Positions 7,865-18,287 of a DNA stretch of 64,000 nt are shown here, piece by piece. Source of the DNA: a virus (taxonomy: Duplodnaviria; Heunggongvirae; Uroviricota; Caudoviricetes); the IMG/VR virus record IMGVR_UViG_3300027712_000017; one strand, 5' to 3'. The stretch's first letter is position 1; the number at the start of each line of letters is the position of its first letter. Under the pieces are notes generated by a model, which was not told where the DNA came from, did no database searches, and worked only from the letters and a program-made list of their open reading frames with translations. The translations under genes and the position numbers were made by a program.

Positions 7865-8935
7865 ATGTCATCACTACGAGAAAAATTAATTAGAAACAGC
7901 ACAATCGCGTTCACTGCTACTTTAGAAGATAGCAAGATTTACACGAAGAAGGATATGATCCCGACTCATATTCCTATGATTAACGTTGCACTATCAGGTT
8001 CAGTTGATGGCGGGATTACACCCGGCATTACAATGCTTGCAGGTCCATCGAAACACTTCAAGACAGGTTTCGCATTGTTATTGGGATCTGCATTTCTAAA
8101 GAAGTATAAGGATGGTATGATTCTATTCTATGACAGTGAATTTGGCACACCGCAAGAATATTTCAAGTCATACGGTATTCCATTTGATTCTGTCATTCAT
8201 TCACCACTCACTGATATTGAAGAACTAAAGTTCGACATCATGCAGCAATTGAAAGAATTGAAACGTGATGATCACGTTATGATTATCATTGACTCAATTG
8301 GCAATATCGCTTCAAAGAAAGAAGTCGAAGATGCGCTTGATGGTAAATCAGTTGCGGATATGTCTCGTGCAAAGCAATTGAAGTCATTGTTCCGTATGAT
8401 CACGCCACACATGACTTTGAAGGACATCCCGTTAGTTGCAATCAACCATACCTATAAGGAAATTGGTTTGTATCCTAAAGACATCGTGTCGGGTGGTACA
8501 GGTTCATATTACGGCGCTGACAATATATGGATCATTGGACGTCAACAAGACAAGGAATCAAGCGGTGAAATTTCAGGTTATCACTTTGTGATTAATATCG
8601 AGAAGTCACGCTATGTCCGTGAGAAGTCAAAGATTCCGATCACTATTTCGTTTGACGGCGGCATCAATCGCTGGTCGGGATTGTTCGACCTTGCACTTGA
8701 AGGTGGTTATCTCACAAAGACAAAGCAAGGTTGGTATGCACTTGTTGACAAGACAACCGGTGAAGTAGAAGAAAAGAATATGCGTGCCGGCGATATTGCA
8801 GAAAACAAAGATCTATGGTTGAAGATGTTTAAGGAAACAGATTTCGCTGCATGGATCAAGAGTCACTATTCGTTATCTTCGGGTAGTTTAGTATCAGCAG
8901 ATGATTTTGAGGTAGAAGTAGGAAATGCGGATTGA
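7865..8935 (+). CDS. uvsX: UvsX RecA-like recombinase
   Basis: close alignment to T4 UvsX: IPMINVALSG..., LAGPSKHFKT (Walker A), FYDSEFG, IDSIGNIASKKE, AINHTY. Confidence 0.9.
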   Translation: MSSLREKLIRNSTIAFTATLEDSKIYTKKDMIPTHIPMINVALSGSVDGGITPGITMLAGPSKHFKTGFALLLGSAFLKKYKDGMILFYDSEFGTPQEYFKSYGIPFDSVIHSPLTDIEELKFDIMQQLKELKRDDHVMIIIDSIGNIASKKEVEDALDGKSVADMSRAKQLKSLFRMITPHMTLKDIPLVAINHTYKEIGLYPKDIVSGGTGSYYGADNIWIIGRQQDKESSGEISGYHFVINIEKSRYVREKSKIPITISFDGGINRWSGLFDLALEGGYLTKTKQGWYALVDKTTGEVEEKNMRAGDIAENKDLWLKMFKETDFAAWIKSHYSLSSGSLVSADDFEVEVGNAD

Positions 8936-10355
8936 AACAACTATTCTTTCACATCTCGTTTATAACGAAGAATTTGCAAGAAAGACAATCCCATTCCTGA
9001 AGTCAGATTACTTTTCTGATCCTACTGAAAGAGTAATCTATGAAGAAATAGATACTTACATCAAGAAATACAACGCCTTCCCATCAAAGGAGGCGTTGAC
9101 TATTGATCTATCAGCGCGTGATAACTTGTCCGAAGATCAGTTTGTAGCAACTCAACGTTATGTTGACGCGCTGCATCCTGATGCGGATACGCAGAATGAA
9201 TGGTTGTTTGACCAGACAGAGAAGTTTTGTCAGGATAAAGCAATCTATAATGCAATCATGAAAAGCATTGGGATTCTCGACAACAAAAGCGGGGAAGTAT
9301 CTAAAGGCTCTATCCCGCAAATTCTTTCAGATGCACTAGCAGTATCATTTGATACGAGTATTGGTCACGACTTCCTGGATGATTATATACCTCGTTATGA
9401 GTTCTATCACATGAAAGAATCTCGTATTCCTTTTGACTTAGAATTCATGAACAAGATCACAAAGGGCGGATTGCCTAATAAGACACTTAATATCGCACTT
9501 GCAGGCACTGGTGTGGGTAAGTCATTGTTCATGTGTCATTGTGCGGCAGGCAATTTGTTGCAAGGCATAAATGTTCTGTATATCACAATGGAAATGTCAG
9601 AAGAACGTATTGCAGAACGTATTGACGCAAACATGCTTAATACACCTATTGACGAATTAGAACTCATGCCTAAAGATGTGTATGAGAAGAAGATTCTAAA
9701 GTTGCAATCAAAGACAACCGGTAAGTTGATCATCAAGGAATACCCGACTGCATCAGCAGGATCTGCAAACTTTCGTCACCTGTTGAATGAATTGAAGATC
9801 AAAAAGAACTTCAAACCTCAGATCATTTATATCGACTATTTGAATATTTGCGCTTCATCAAGAATCAAGATGAGTTCAAGTATCAATTCATATACTTACA
9901 TCAAAGCAATCGCAGAAGAATTGCGAGGACTTGCAGTTGAGTTCAATGTTCCTATTGTATCAGCAACGCAAACTACTCGTTCAGGTTATGGTTCATCTGA
10001 CGTTGATCTAACTGATACATCAGAATCATTTGGTTTGCCTGCAACTGCTGACTTGATGTTCGCTTTGATCTCTACTGAACAACTGCAGGATCTAAATCAG
10101 ATCATGATCAAACAGTTGAAGAATCGTTATAATGATCCATCTATGTTCAAAAGGTTCGTAGTAGGGGTTGACAGAAGTAGAATGAGGTTGTATGATGTAG
10201 AACAGTCTAGTCAAGATGATTTGCTAGATAGTGGCGTAATGGATAAAACTGAGTTCGGGCAACGAGATTCTGCAGAGGGTTTCGAGGAAGAAACAAAGTT
10301 TATCTCTAACTTCAAAAAGAAACTGAACACGGATAAATTCAAAGGATTTAAATAG
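8925..10355 (+). CDS. 41: DnaB-family replicative helicase, T4 gp41 type
   Basis: Walker A GTGVGKS, DnaB-like motifs; directly follows uvsX as in T4. Confidence 0.9.
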   Translation: MRIETTILSHLVYNEEFARKTIPFLKSDYFSDPTERVIYEEIDTYIKKYNAFPSKEALTIDLSARDNLSEDQFVATQRYVDALHPDADTQNEWLFDQTEKFCQDKAIYNAIMKSIGILDNKSGEVSKGSIPQILSDALAVSFDTSIGHDFLDDYIPRYEFYHMKESRIPFDLEFMNKITKGGLPNKTLNIALAGTGVGKSLFMCHCAAGNLLQGINVLYITMEMSEERIAERIDANMLNTPIDELELMPKDVYEKKILKLQSKTTGKLIIKEYPTASAGSANFRHLLNELKIKKNFKPQIIYIDYLNICASSRIKMSSSINSYTYIKAIAEELRGLAVEFNVPIVSATQTTRSGYGSSDVDLTDTSESFGLPATADLMFALISTEQLQDLNQIMIKQLKNRYNDPSMFKRFVVGVDRSRMRLYDVEQSSQDDLLDSGVMDKTEFGQRDSAEGFEEETKFISNFKKKLNTDKFKGFK

Positions 10356-10356
10356 A

Positions 10357-10575
10357 ATGGGCTACAAGGTTGTGCAAACTGCTATTCTGCAAACTGGTGA
10401 AGTTACTCCTGCATGGGAGATCGTTGAAAAGCGTCCAGCCTTCGGAGAGGATGTGACGATTAAAGTGTTGCAAGATGAAGACACAGCAAAAAAAATGTCA
10501 CGAAATTTAAATTTTGGGCATGGATTTGATGGTTGGACGCCAAATTTCTTCAACTTACAATACAATGTTGTATAA
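10357..10575 (+). CDS. hypothetical protein (72 aa)
   Basis: ATG 1 nt after gp41 stop. Confidence 0.45.
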   Translation: MGYKVVQTAILQTGEVTPAWEIVEKRPAFGEDVTIKVLQDEDTAKKMSRNLNFGHGFDGWTPNFFNLQYNVV

Positions 10576-10578
10576 ATA
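10571..10578 (+). promoter_or_regulatory. perfect T4-type late promoter box TATAAATA
   Basis: exact match to T4 gp55-dependent late -10 consensus. Confidence 0.35.
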
Positions 10579-10720
10579 AAGCATTGATTGATCATGGTGA
10601 TCAGTCCACAACCATCTGACACTTTGCGTTTATCGCAAGAGGCAAGAGTGCTAATTCAGCATGAAGGAATAGTTGAGGTCGCCCATAGGGGCTAGTGGGG
10701 TTCTACTTAACAGTGTCACA

Positions 10721-10747
10721 GGGGTCCTTCGGGACCCCTTTTTTTTG
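10721..10747 (+). terminator. rho-independent terminator GGGGTCC-TTCG-GGACCCC + T9
   Basis: 7-bp GC stem, UUCG loop, long U-tract. Confidence 0.85.
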
Positions 10748-10748
10748 G

Positions 10749-10777
10749 TTGACAAAATTGTTTCTTTATCATATAAA
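10749..10777 (+). promoter_or_regulatory. sigma70-type promoter TTGACA-17-TATAAA
   Basis: TTGACAAAATTGTTTCTTTATCATATAAA. Confidence 0.6.
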
Positions 10778-10801
10778 TGTCATGTAATCAATGAGGATCC
10801 C

Positions 10802-11329
10802 ATGAACATTTTCTATATCTCCCATGACCCTATTCAAGCAGCACAATGGATGGTTGACAAGCATGTTGTCAAAATGATCCTCGAGTCAGCACAGCTTTTG
10901 TCAACAGCACACCGAGTGCTTGATGGCAAAGAGTGGGTTGATGCATCGTCCGGTCGTCGTATCAAGCGCTGGGAATTGGGTGATGGTCGTGAGTCAGTCA
11001 TGTATAAGGCGACCCATATCAACCATCCGTCAGCAGTATGGTGCCGTCAATCAGTTGAAAACTACCTGTGGCTTGTCGAGCATTTCCATGCATTGCTTGA
11101 CGAATACACCTATCGCTACAACAAGAAACATAAGTGTCATGAGATGTTGTATCTTTTGCAATCGCCGCCCCTGAACCTCAAGGAATGGGATGCTACTCTT
11201 ATGCCATGCGCTATGCCTGACGAGTATCAAACTTCAGCTGATCCCGTCGAGAATTATCGCAACTATTATCGTGTAGGTAAGGCTCGTATGCACAAATGGA
11301 CTGGGCGCTCCGCACCCGATTGGATTTGA
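10802..11329 (+). CDS. hypothetical protein (175 aa)
   Basis: ATG with SD GAGGAT; longer track ORF would span terminator and promoter. Confidence 0.5.
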   Translation: MNIFYISHDPIQAAQWMVDKHVVKMILESAQLLSTAHRVLDGKEWVDASSGRRIKRWELGDGRESVMYKATHINHPSAVWCRQSVENYLWLVEHFHALLDEYTYRYNKKHKCHEMLYLLQSPPLNLKEWDATLMPCAMPDEYQTSADPVENYRNYYRVGKARMHKWTGRSAPDWI

Positions 11330-11364
11330 TAAATACATCAAACAATCAACACATGGAGTATTTA

Positions 11365-12543
11365 ATGCTTAGTTTTATCGGATTTTTAACTGAAGCTGCT
11401 GATGGAATGGTGGGAACTATTGGCTCAGATGGAAAAGGTAAAAGACATACAAAGAATTATGTTATGGATTATCTTTCTGCCGAAGGCCGCAAAAAGACCG
11501 CACAAAGTTTTGCACAGCATGGCGGTATGGGTGATGTAGGAACAGGTAATGGGAGTCTTCACACAGGCGAAGCTACACACATACTAAAAACTGCACAAAA
11601 CGGTCATCCCGCAGGCACAAAAGTTAAAATAACCCATGCAACTGCAGATGACAAAGGTGCAATCACCATACACACCCAAGATCATGGTTCATTCTCACAA
11701 GCAGCGTTAATGAAGCCAAAAGAATTGCAAAAATCTTCTAGAACTCAATCAGGTTTTGACGTTGAAGGTAAGATTGCAAGTAACCTCGGCACTGAAGCAG
11801 CAGGATCAACTAAGCATGGATATGATTATCAGTATAGCTCAGGTCGTGGCCATGTCCGCGGTAAAGTAAAAGAAGTCGGTGCAGCTCCTGATATTCGCGG
11901 CGAATCTAAACTTGATAAAGGTAAAATGGGTCAATCAGTATTCAAGCATGATCCAGAAAAAGGTTGGCATTTCACCAATTCTCCTATTGGCAATCACTTT
12001 GAAAAAGCAAGAATCAAAGGATCTGATGGCGTCGAAAGAGGTTTGATTGACCATTTCAATCATTTCCATAGCAATGGAAAAATCGACAAAAGTTATTCAA
12101 TTGATGTTCCTAAGGGTGCAACAAGAAATTATTTGAATACTAGCAACGTAAATTCATTGCACTTGCATAATAAAGCAACGAATAAGGGAACTACCTTTAC
12201 AATCGGCGATACAGATCTAAAAGGTAGAACTAAATTAGGACATTTGAGCGATGAACACTTAGATGCACTAGATGGTAAATTGGTGATTGAAAAAACTTCA
12301 ACTGGAAGTACTCAAGCAATACATCGTCCTAAAGCCACTGTTATGAAACAATATGCAAACTTGTCAACAACTGATTCTGCAAATCACCGCGATTTGACTA
12401 ATGAAGATCATGCAAAAGAATTTAGAACTCATGTTGATGCAATGTCAAATGCAGGCGGAACGTCAGCTCCTGCTGCAGCTAAGCCTGCTAGAAATAAAAA
12501 ACCATCATTAGCAGAAGCGATATTCAACGTAGTGAGACAGTAA
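11365..12543 (+). CDS. hypothetical His/Lys/Gly-rich protein
   Basis: ATG preceded by GGAG; 392 aa. Confidence 0.5.
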   Translation: MLSFIGFLTEAADGMVGTIGSDGKGKRHTKNYVMDYLSAEGRKKTAQSFAQHGGMGDVGTGNGSLHTGEATHILKTAQNGHPAGTKVKITHATADDKGAITIHTQDHGSFSQAALMKPKELQKSSRTQSGFDVEGKIASNLGTEAAGSTKHGYDYQYSSGRGHVRGKVKEVGAAPDIRGESKLDKGKMGQSVFKHDPEKGWHFTNSPIGNHFEKARIKGSDGVERGLIDHFNHFHSNGKIDKSYSIDVPKGATRNYLNTSNVNSLHLHNKATNKGTTFTIGDTDLKGRTKLGHLSDEHLDALDGKLVIEKTSTGSTQAIHRPKATVMKQYANLSTTDSANHRDLTNEDHAKEFRTHVDAMSNAGGTSAPAAAKPARNKKPSLAEAIFNVVRQ

Positions 12544-12546
12544 GAT

Positions 12547-13755
12547 ATGATCAGTTTCAGAACATTTATAACTGAACAAGTCGTGAGTCAACTTAAACAC
12601 TTGACTCACGTTGAAGATCATCCTATTGATTCTGGCGCTGCAGGATTTGAACACGCAAAAAATACTTTAAATTCACTGCATAGTCATTTGTCGGGTGAAG
12701 GATCAGATAACGGCATTAAAGTTACTGAAAAGTTTGACGGCGCTCCGTCAGTTGTTTTCGGTCGTCATCCGGGAACTGGTAGATTTTTTGTTGCATCGAA
12801 ATCAGCATTCAATAAGAATCCTAAGATCAATTACACACCAGAAGATATAGAAACGAATCATGGACATGCTCCTGGTCTTGTTGAGAAGCTAAAAACAGCA
12901 TTACATGAACTCCCTAAGATAGCACCAAAAACAGGTGTCTATCAGGGAGATATGCTATTTAGTAAGCCTGATGTGAAGAAGGAACAAGGATTAACGCATT
13001 TTACTCCGAACACTATTACATATTCTGCGCCGACTAATTCAGAAGAAGGTAAGAAAATCGGTTCAGCTAAAATGGGTATTGTTGTTCACACAAAATATCA
13101 TCCTACTGATAGCGGCAAATTAGAAGATATGCATGCTGGATTTGATGTTGATCATGGCAGTTTCAATCATCATAGTGATGTTTATAATACATCTCCTGAA
13201 ATTCATTTTCAAGGACATTATCCAAAAGAAAGCCAAAATCTTTATAGATCACATATGCAAAAAGCACAAGCACATCATGATGCAATGCTTAAAAACGGTG
13301 CATATGGACACATGGCAGGGCATGATGTTCATCTCAATACTTATATCAATTCGACTGTGAGAAATAATTCAAAACCATCTACACAAGGTTATAAGAATTT
13401 CTTGCAAGAAAGACAAACCAAAGATGTTGCATCAGTAAAAACTGATAAATCAAAACAACAAAAACATCAAGCAATGCAATCAATGGTTGACTCTGTTGAA
13501 AACCATAGAGACTCATTTGATCATGCTTTTGCTATGCATCATCATTTGCAACAAGCTAAAAATGTATTGACATCTGCACTTGAAACCCACAATCGCGGAT
13601 TGCAATATAGCATTGCAGGTGAACAATCAAAGCCTGAAGGTTTTGTTGCTACTTTAAAGAATAAAAAAGGCGAGTCGATGCCTAGTAAGTTTGTAAATCG
13701 TGCAGAGTTTTCTCGTGCGAACTTCTCATCAGGTAAACCTGGGGATAAAAAATGA
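12547..13755 (+). CDS. putative nucleotidyltransferase of the ligase superfamily (RNA-ligase-like), tentative
   Basis: motif I-like EKFDGAPSVVFGRH (KxDG); C-terminal EGFVATLKNKKG resembling ligase motifs IV/V; inference. Confidence 0.4.
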   Translation: MISFRTFITEQVVSQLKHLTHVEDHPIDSGAAGFEHAKNTLNSLHSHLSGEGSDNGIKVTEKFDGAPSVVFGRHPGTGRFFVASKSAFNKNPKINYTPEDIETNHGHAPGLVEKLKTALHELPKIAPKTGVYQGDMLFSKPDVKKEQGLTHFTPNTITYSAPTNSEEGKKIGSAKMGIVVHTKYHPTDSGKLEDMHAGFDVDHGSFNHHSDVYNTSPEIHFQGHYPKESQNLYRSHMQKAQAHHDAMLKNGAYGHMAGHDVHLNTYINSTVRNNSKPSTQGYKNFLQERQTKDVASVKTDKSKQQKHQAMQSMVDSVENHRDSFDHAFAMHHHLQQAKNVLTSALETHNRGLQYSIAGEQSKPEGFVATLKNKKGESMPSKFVNRAEFSRANFSSGKPGDKK

Positions 13756-14366
13756 TTAAAAGATTCTTATCCTTCATATTAGAAAATGCTAGCTTTAAAG
13801 AGAATCATGTTGTTTCATTTGTTAGAATGAACCCAGTGCATGAAGGTCACCGAGAAGTTGTTGATGCAGTTACTGACGAAGCAAAAAAACAAAATGCTTC
13901 ACATAGTATAGTACTATCACAAACTCATGACGCAGCAAAAAATCCACTGACACCTCAACAAAAACTGAAGCATGCTAAAATTGCGTTCCCAGGAGCTAAC
14001 ATTGAGACTGCGACAAAAGAAAGCCCTACATTACTGCATCACCTATCACATCTGCATGATAAGGGTGTCCGTAATATAACTGTAGTCGGCGGTTCTGATA
14101 GAGATACATTTAATGATCTTGCTAAACAATATAACGGCGTAAAGGGTCGCCATGGCTATTACAAATTTGACAGCATCAAATTCAAACAAGCCGGCGCTGA
14201 AAGAAGTGATTCTGCAGAAGGTAAAGCAAGCTATTCAGCATCTAAAATGCGCGAAGCTGCAAAAAGTAATGACAGAAAATCATTCCATGCAATGGCTCCT
14301 GCAAACATGACACCCGCACAAAAAGATGATATGATGAATGACGTTCAAAAAGGTATGAAAAAATGA
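13752..14366 (+). CDS. HxGH / ISxSxxR nucleotidyltransferase (NMN/NaMN adenylyltransferase-like)
   Basis: VRMNPVHEGH (HxGH) and SASKMRE (SxSxxR) motifs. Confidence 0.5.
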   Translation: MIKRFLSFILENASFKENHVVSFVRMNPVHEGHREVVDAVTDEAKKQNASHSIVLSQTHDAAKNPLTPQQKLKHAKIAFPGANIETATKESPTLLHHLSHLHDKGVRNITVVGGSDRDTFNDLAKQYNGVKGRHGYYKFDSIKFKQAGAERSDSAEGKASYSASKMREAAKSNDRKSFHAMAPANMTPAQKDDMMNDVQKGMKK

Positions 14367-14983
14367 AAACGTTCAACGAGTTCTTCTTAAATGAAAGTAA
14401 TAGCATTCACTATTTTGATGTGGATGATACATTGATGAAAACAAGCAATGCAAATACCAAGGTTCATGTAAAAGATGAAAATGGAAAACGTGTTGCAAGT
14501 TTAAATTCAGGTGAATACAATTCACATAAGTTGCAACCCGGGCACTCATATGATTATTCAGAATTTAAATCATCAGACAACTTTGCTAAAAATGCAAAAC
14601 CTATTCGCAAGGTTCTTGCAAAGATGAAAGCGATCCATAAGAACGGCGGCAAGACAGAGATTCTGACCGCCCGTTCTGATTTTGATGACAAAGATAAATT
14701 TGCAAAGAAATGGAAAAGTTACGGCGTCGATATTAGCCCGGGTAATACTCATGTTCGTCGTGCAGGTAATATTGCACTTCCTACACACGAAGCAAAAGCA
14801 AAAATCATTTCTGATGCTATCAAAAAGAATGGTCATAAAGAAGTTCATTTATATGACGATCACAAGCCAAACATTGACGCGATGCTTGCATTGAAGAAAG
14901 ACCATCCCGATGTGACATTTCATGGGCACCATGTCATACATAATGATGACGGTTCCGTAACAATGAAACATTATAAGGCATAA
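14363..14983 (+). CDS. HAD-superfamily phosphatase
   Basis: motif I FDVDDTLM (DxDxT), motif II ILTARS, motif III K...YDDHKPNIDA. Confidence 0.6.
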   Translation: MKTFNEFFLNESNSIHYFDVDDTLMKTSNANTKVHVKDENGKRVASLNSGEYNSHKLQPGHSYDYSEFKSSDNFAKNAKPIRKVLAKMKAIHKNGGKTEILTARSDFDDKDKFAKKWKSYGVDISPGNTHVRRAGNIALPTHEAKAKIISDAIKKNGHKEVHLYDDHKPNIDAMLALKKDHPDVTFHGHHVIHNDDGSVTMKHYKA

Positions 14984-14985
14984 AC

Positions 14986-15825
14986 ATGGCACAGTTTAGA
15001 AAAGATACCCAATCATATTTAAGTGACGGGAAAACTATTTTTGAAGTCGGAATGATGGCTGTTTCAAATGGGTCTGTAGTTAGTAATGCAAACCCATTCC
15101 CTGTATCTACAATAGGTGGAAGTGCTCAGGGTAAGTTATGGTCATTGCAAATAACACAGGGATTAATTGCTGGATATACAACAGAAAAAATTACAGGATA
15201 CAATCCTGCTACGTCAGCAGGCGATGCTGTGTGGTCAGCTGCCACGCCGTATCCATGGAGTAGTTTAGTTACAGCACAAACTCTGTATCTAAAAAGTTCA
15301 ACTAACAATGCTACTGATAGAAGTATGCCGATTTTAATTGACGGGTTAGATGCTAACTATGCCAATCAAACAGAAGTAGTGACATTAGACGCTGCAAACT
15401 CAACAACAGCAGTTACATCAACCAAGCAATTTTTGCGTATTCATAGTATAATGTGTAATGGCGCAAACACTAATGCGGGTGATATTACCACCTATGTCAC
15501 ATCAGGCACAGGCACTATAGTCTCTAAAATGTCGGCAGGCAGAGGTATTGCGAAAGCGGGTGTATATACTATTCCTGCAGGTTATACTGGATATTTGTTT
15601 AAGGGTGATGCGTCTTCAACAGCAGCAACTGTGGTAAACTTTATGGGTCGATATTTTGGCAAAGCCTTTATGGTTCTTCACGTAGCCATTGTGGACAATA
15701 GCACATACATTTACGACTTCCCATTCCCATTAGAATTACCTGCAAAAACTGATATATATACTGTGATCGAAGCAGGTTCAGGTAAGACAGCTGTGAATTA
15801 TGAAATTTTATTAGTAGCTAACTGA
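14986..15825 (+). CDS. hypothetical protein, possibly virion structural (Ser/Thr/Gly/Ala rich)
   Basis: 279-aa ORF; composition typical of fibre/tail proteins. Confidence 0.45.
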   Translation: MAQFRKDTQSYLSDGKTIFEVGMMAVSNGSVVSNANPFPVSTIGGSAQGKLWSLQITQGLIAGYTTEKITGYNPATSAGDAVWSAATPYPWSSLVTAQTLYLKSSTNNATDRSMPILIDGLDANYANQTEVVTLDAANSTTAVTSTKQFLRIHSIMCNGANTNAGDITTYVTSGTGTIVSKMSAGRGIAKAGVYTIPAGYTGYLFKGDASSTAATVVNFMGRYFGKAFMVLHVAIVDNSTYIYDFPFPLELPAKTDIYTVIEAGSGKTAVNYEILLVAN

Positions 15826-15886
15826 AATATGTAAACACAGATATGCAATAACAACATAGCTCTTTTAAATAAATAACATTATAATG

Positions 15887-15919
15887 ATCGTCGCCACTAT
15901 AATGTGTGCGGCGATTTTT
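15887..15919 (+). terminator. rho-independent terminator (ATCGTCGC/GCGGCGAT stem + T5)
   Basis: 8-bp stem with one GU, followed by TTTTTG. Confidence 0.55.
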
Positions 15920-15940
15920 GTATGTAAAAGAGGAAAAAAA

Positions 15941-16117
15941 ATGTATGTAATAGATAAACCAAGAGAAAATAACCTAGTAAAGCTTTATCGTATTGAGTTC
16001 TCTAAGGATTACAATATGGCAGTTAAAAATAATCTAGAAATTACTGATGCCACAGTTCGTGCAATTCTTAATATGCCTGAAGAACCTAAGCGCAAAAAGA
16101 TTTTCGGTATATTTTAA
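15941..16117 (+). CDS. hypothetical small protein (58 aa)
   Basis: SD AGAGGAAAAAAAA-ATG downstream of terminator. Confidence 0.4.
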   Translation: MYVIDKPRENNLVKLYRIEFSKDYNMAVKNNLEITDATVRAILNMPEEPKRKKIFGIF

Positions 16118-16134
16118 AGTCAACAATCAATTTG

Positions 16135-16142
16135 TATAAATA
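16135..16142 (+). promoter_or_regulatory. perfect T4-type late promoter box TATAAATA
   Basis: exact TATAAATA followed by AAACG as in other copies. Confidence 0.4.
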
Positions 16143-16244
16143 AAACGTCTGATCAGGGCACGCCAACCTCAGATCGGATTCTTGTTGTTTTTAGCTACGA
16201 CAAGAATCTGCATAATTTTTCGGATCAGTCTAAGGAAAACTCCG

Positions 16245-17636
16245 TTGCAAATTGATAAAGAATCTAAAAGACCTAAAGCGGTTGCAAACGCAAATAGCAA
16301 AGCAATCAAATCTGTTATTAACACCAATCCTCAGCTCCCTGGTGTCGTTGAAAACGGTCCTGTCGTAGCTAAATCTCCTCTTGCGGAGAAAATTCTTTCG
16401 CTATCAGCACGCAAAAAACGTGACATTGAAATGCGTGAAGAACAATCTAAAATCAGAACATTAGAGCCAGTTGTAGAACTTGCTCCTGCTGACAAAATGA
16501 AGTTGCGTGCCGAATCAATGGCACGCAACGCTTTACGTCAGCGCTTCTCTAACAACGATTACTATATGATGAACGAGGCAAATAGAACTCGTGTTGACAT
16601 GATTGTTGAGAGCAAACCAGAATTAATCCAGTCAGTTGCAAAACGTTTAATGCCTAAGATTCGTGAAAGCGAACTTCAGCGCATGAATAAGCCATTGATT
16701 GAAGCACACATATTTGAGTCATTGATTGACGCAATGTTGACTGAAGCCCTTGATGCAAAGATTGAGAAATTAATTCGCATCGGGTTGGGTGATAGAAATC
16801 AATTAAACAAAGTTCGTCAAGCATTAAGCAATCCCGCAGCAGCTGCAAATACAGTTGTATTGCGTAAGTATATTATTGACACATTAAACACATTAATGAA
16901 ACTTGTCACAGATGATGCTGTTGTATATCAGCGCATAGTTGCAACATTAATGAAGAAACGCAATTTGAAAGAATCTGCAGTTACAGTTGCACTCAGAAGA
17001 AAATCAGAAAAATCAGGTTACGACTTCGAAACACTTGCAGAAGTGTATATTCGTGGTGTGCAATCATGGGATGAAAGTTCATTGGCAGAACCAACTCAAC
17101 ACGCTTTCAATCGGGTCAACTCATTCGTGAGTGGCGGCAAAGCAATGCGTCTTGATGAAGATTTGGTTACAACTAATCGTGCTGATAGAAAAGGTGTGAT
17201 TAGTCGTGATAAAAATGGTCGGGCTATAACTGTTAAATCAGGACAAGGTGAAATTAAAATAAATGAAGCAGATCCTGTTATTGATACAACTCCCACCATT
17301 AAAAATAAAACTGTTAAGCGTGAAATTTCCGCAATAGTTAGAAGATCGCCTGATCCACTAGCAGAGAAGTTTGAAACAGCAGAAAAGCAATCAAAGAATT
17401 CTGCAAATTCTTCATCAAGATTTGATGGTACTACTTCTGTAAAAAATATATACACCAAAGATACTCCCGGGCAAGGCCTTGCGAAAAAATTTAAAAAGAT
17501 CGCAGAAACAACTACCGGCGGATTCAACGGCAAAAAAATAAATATCAAAAATGTTCCTGTTCGTCTAGCTAATGGTAAAATTAAAAGTTTGCCTCCAGGC
17601 AAGAGCAGCAGTTCAAAGGGGGGAGACGGAGAATGA
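16245..17636 (+). CDS. hypothetical protein (possible TTG start after SD AAGGAAAA)
   Basis: long ORF (track starts 16182 with TTG); no early ATG; start uncertain. Confidence 0.45.
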   Translation: MQIDKESKRPKAVANANSKAIKSVINTNPQLPGVVENGPVVAKSPLAEKILSLSARKKRDIEMREEQSKIRTLEPVVELAPADKMKLRAESMARNALRQRFSNNDYYMMNEANRTRVDMIVESKPELIQSVAKRLMPKIRESELQRMNKPLIEAHIFESLIDAMLTEALDAKIEKLIRIGLGDRNQLNKVRQALSNPAAAANTVVLRKYIIDTLNTLMKLVTDDAVVYQRIVATLMKKRNLKESAVTVALRRKSEKSGYDFETLAEVYIRGVQSWDESSLAEPTQHAFNRVNSFVSGGKAMRLDEDLVTTNRADRKGVISRDKNGRAITVKSGQGEIKINEADPVIDTTPTIKNKTVKREISAIVRRSPDPLAEKFETAEKQSKNSANSSSRFDGTTSVKNIYTKDTPGQGLAKKFKKIAETTTGGFNGKKINIKNVPVRLANGKIKSLPPGKSSSSKGGDGE

Positions 17637-18286
17637 TTACTTTTAAGCAACTACGAGAAGCAGCAGCTAAAAAGGACGACCATGAATATGGTTATGAAGG
17701 TGAGATGGTTATGTCTCAACTTAAATCAATGATGCGTAATGCAAAAGAATTGCTTAGCATGATTGAACCTAACACTGACTTCCCTGAATGGGTTCAAGCA
17801 AAGATCACTCTTGCTCAAGATTATATTCAAACAGCTGCTGATTATATGGCAACTGAAATGAGTGAAGAAACTATTGCAGAAAAAAGAGGTCTTTGGGATA
17901 ACATTCACGCGAAGCAAGAAAGAATCAAGAATGGTTCTAAAGAGCATATGCGTAAACCAGGATCAAAGGGTGCGCCAACTAAGCAAGATTTTGTCAATTC
18001 ACAAACTGAAGAAGTAGCTGCTTGGCAACGCAAAGAAGGTAAAAATCCCGAGGGAGGTCTCAATAAAGCAGGTGTGGATTCATACCGCAGAGAACACCCA
18101 GGATCACATCTTCAAACCGCTGTAACTACTAAACCATCTAAATTGAAAAAAGGTTCTAAAGCAGCAAATAGACGTAAATCATTCTGTGCTAGAATGAGTG
18201 GCATGAAGAAGCGATTAACATCTAGTGAAACTGCAAACGATCCCAATTCCCGTATCAACAAATCATTAAGAAAATGGAACTGCTAA
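17633..18286 (+). CDS. hypothetical protein
   Basis: 217-aa ORF, ATGA overlap with upstream. Confidence 0.55.
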   Translation: MITFKQLREAAAKKDDHEYGYEGEMVMSQLKSMMRNAKELLSMIEPNTDFPEWVQAKITLAQDYIQTAADYMATEMSEETIAEKRGLWDNIHAKQERIKNGSKEHMRKPGSKGAPTKQDFVNSQTEEVAAWQRKEGKNPEGGLNKAGVDSYRREHPGSHLQTAVTTKPSKLKKGSKAANRRKSFCARMSGMKKRLTSSETANDPNSRINKSLRKWNC

Positions 18287-18287
18287 A

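Noticed and set aside
10802-11329. Possible pyrimidine-dimer glycosylase (denV-like) assignment for ORF 10802..11329
   Set aside because: Only a vague N-terminal resemblance and no catalytic motif identified. Left as hypothetical.
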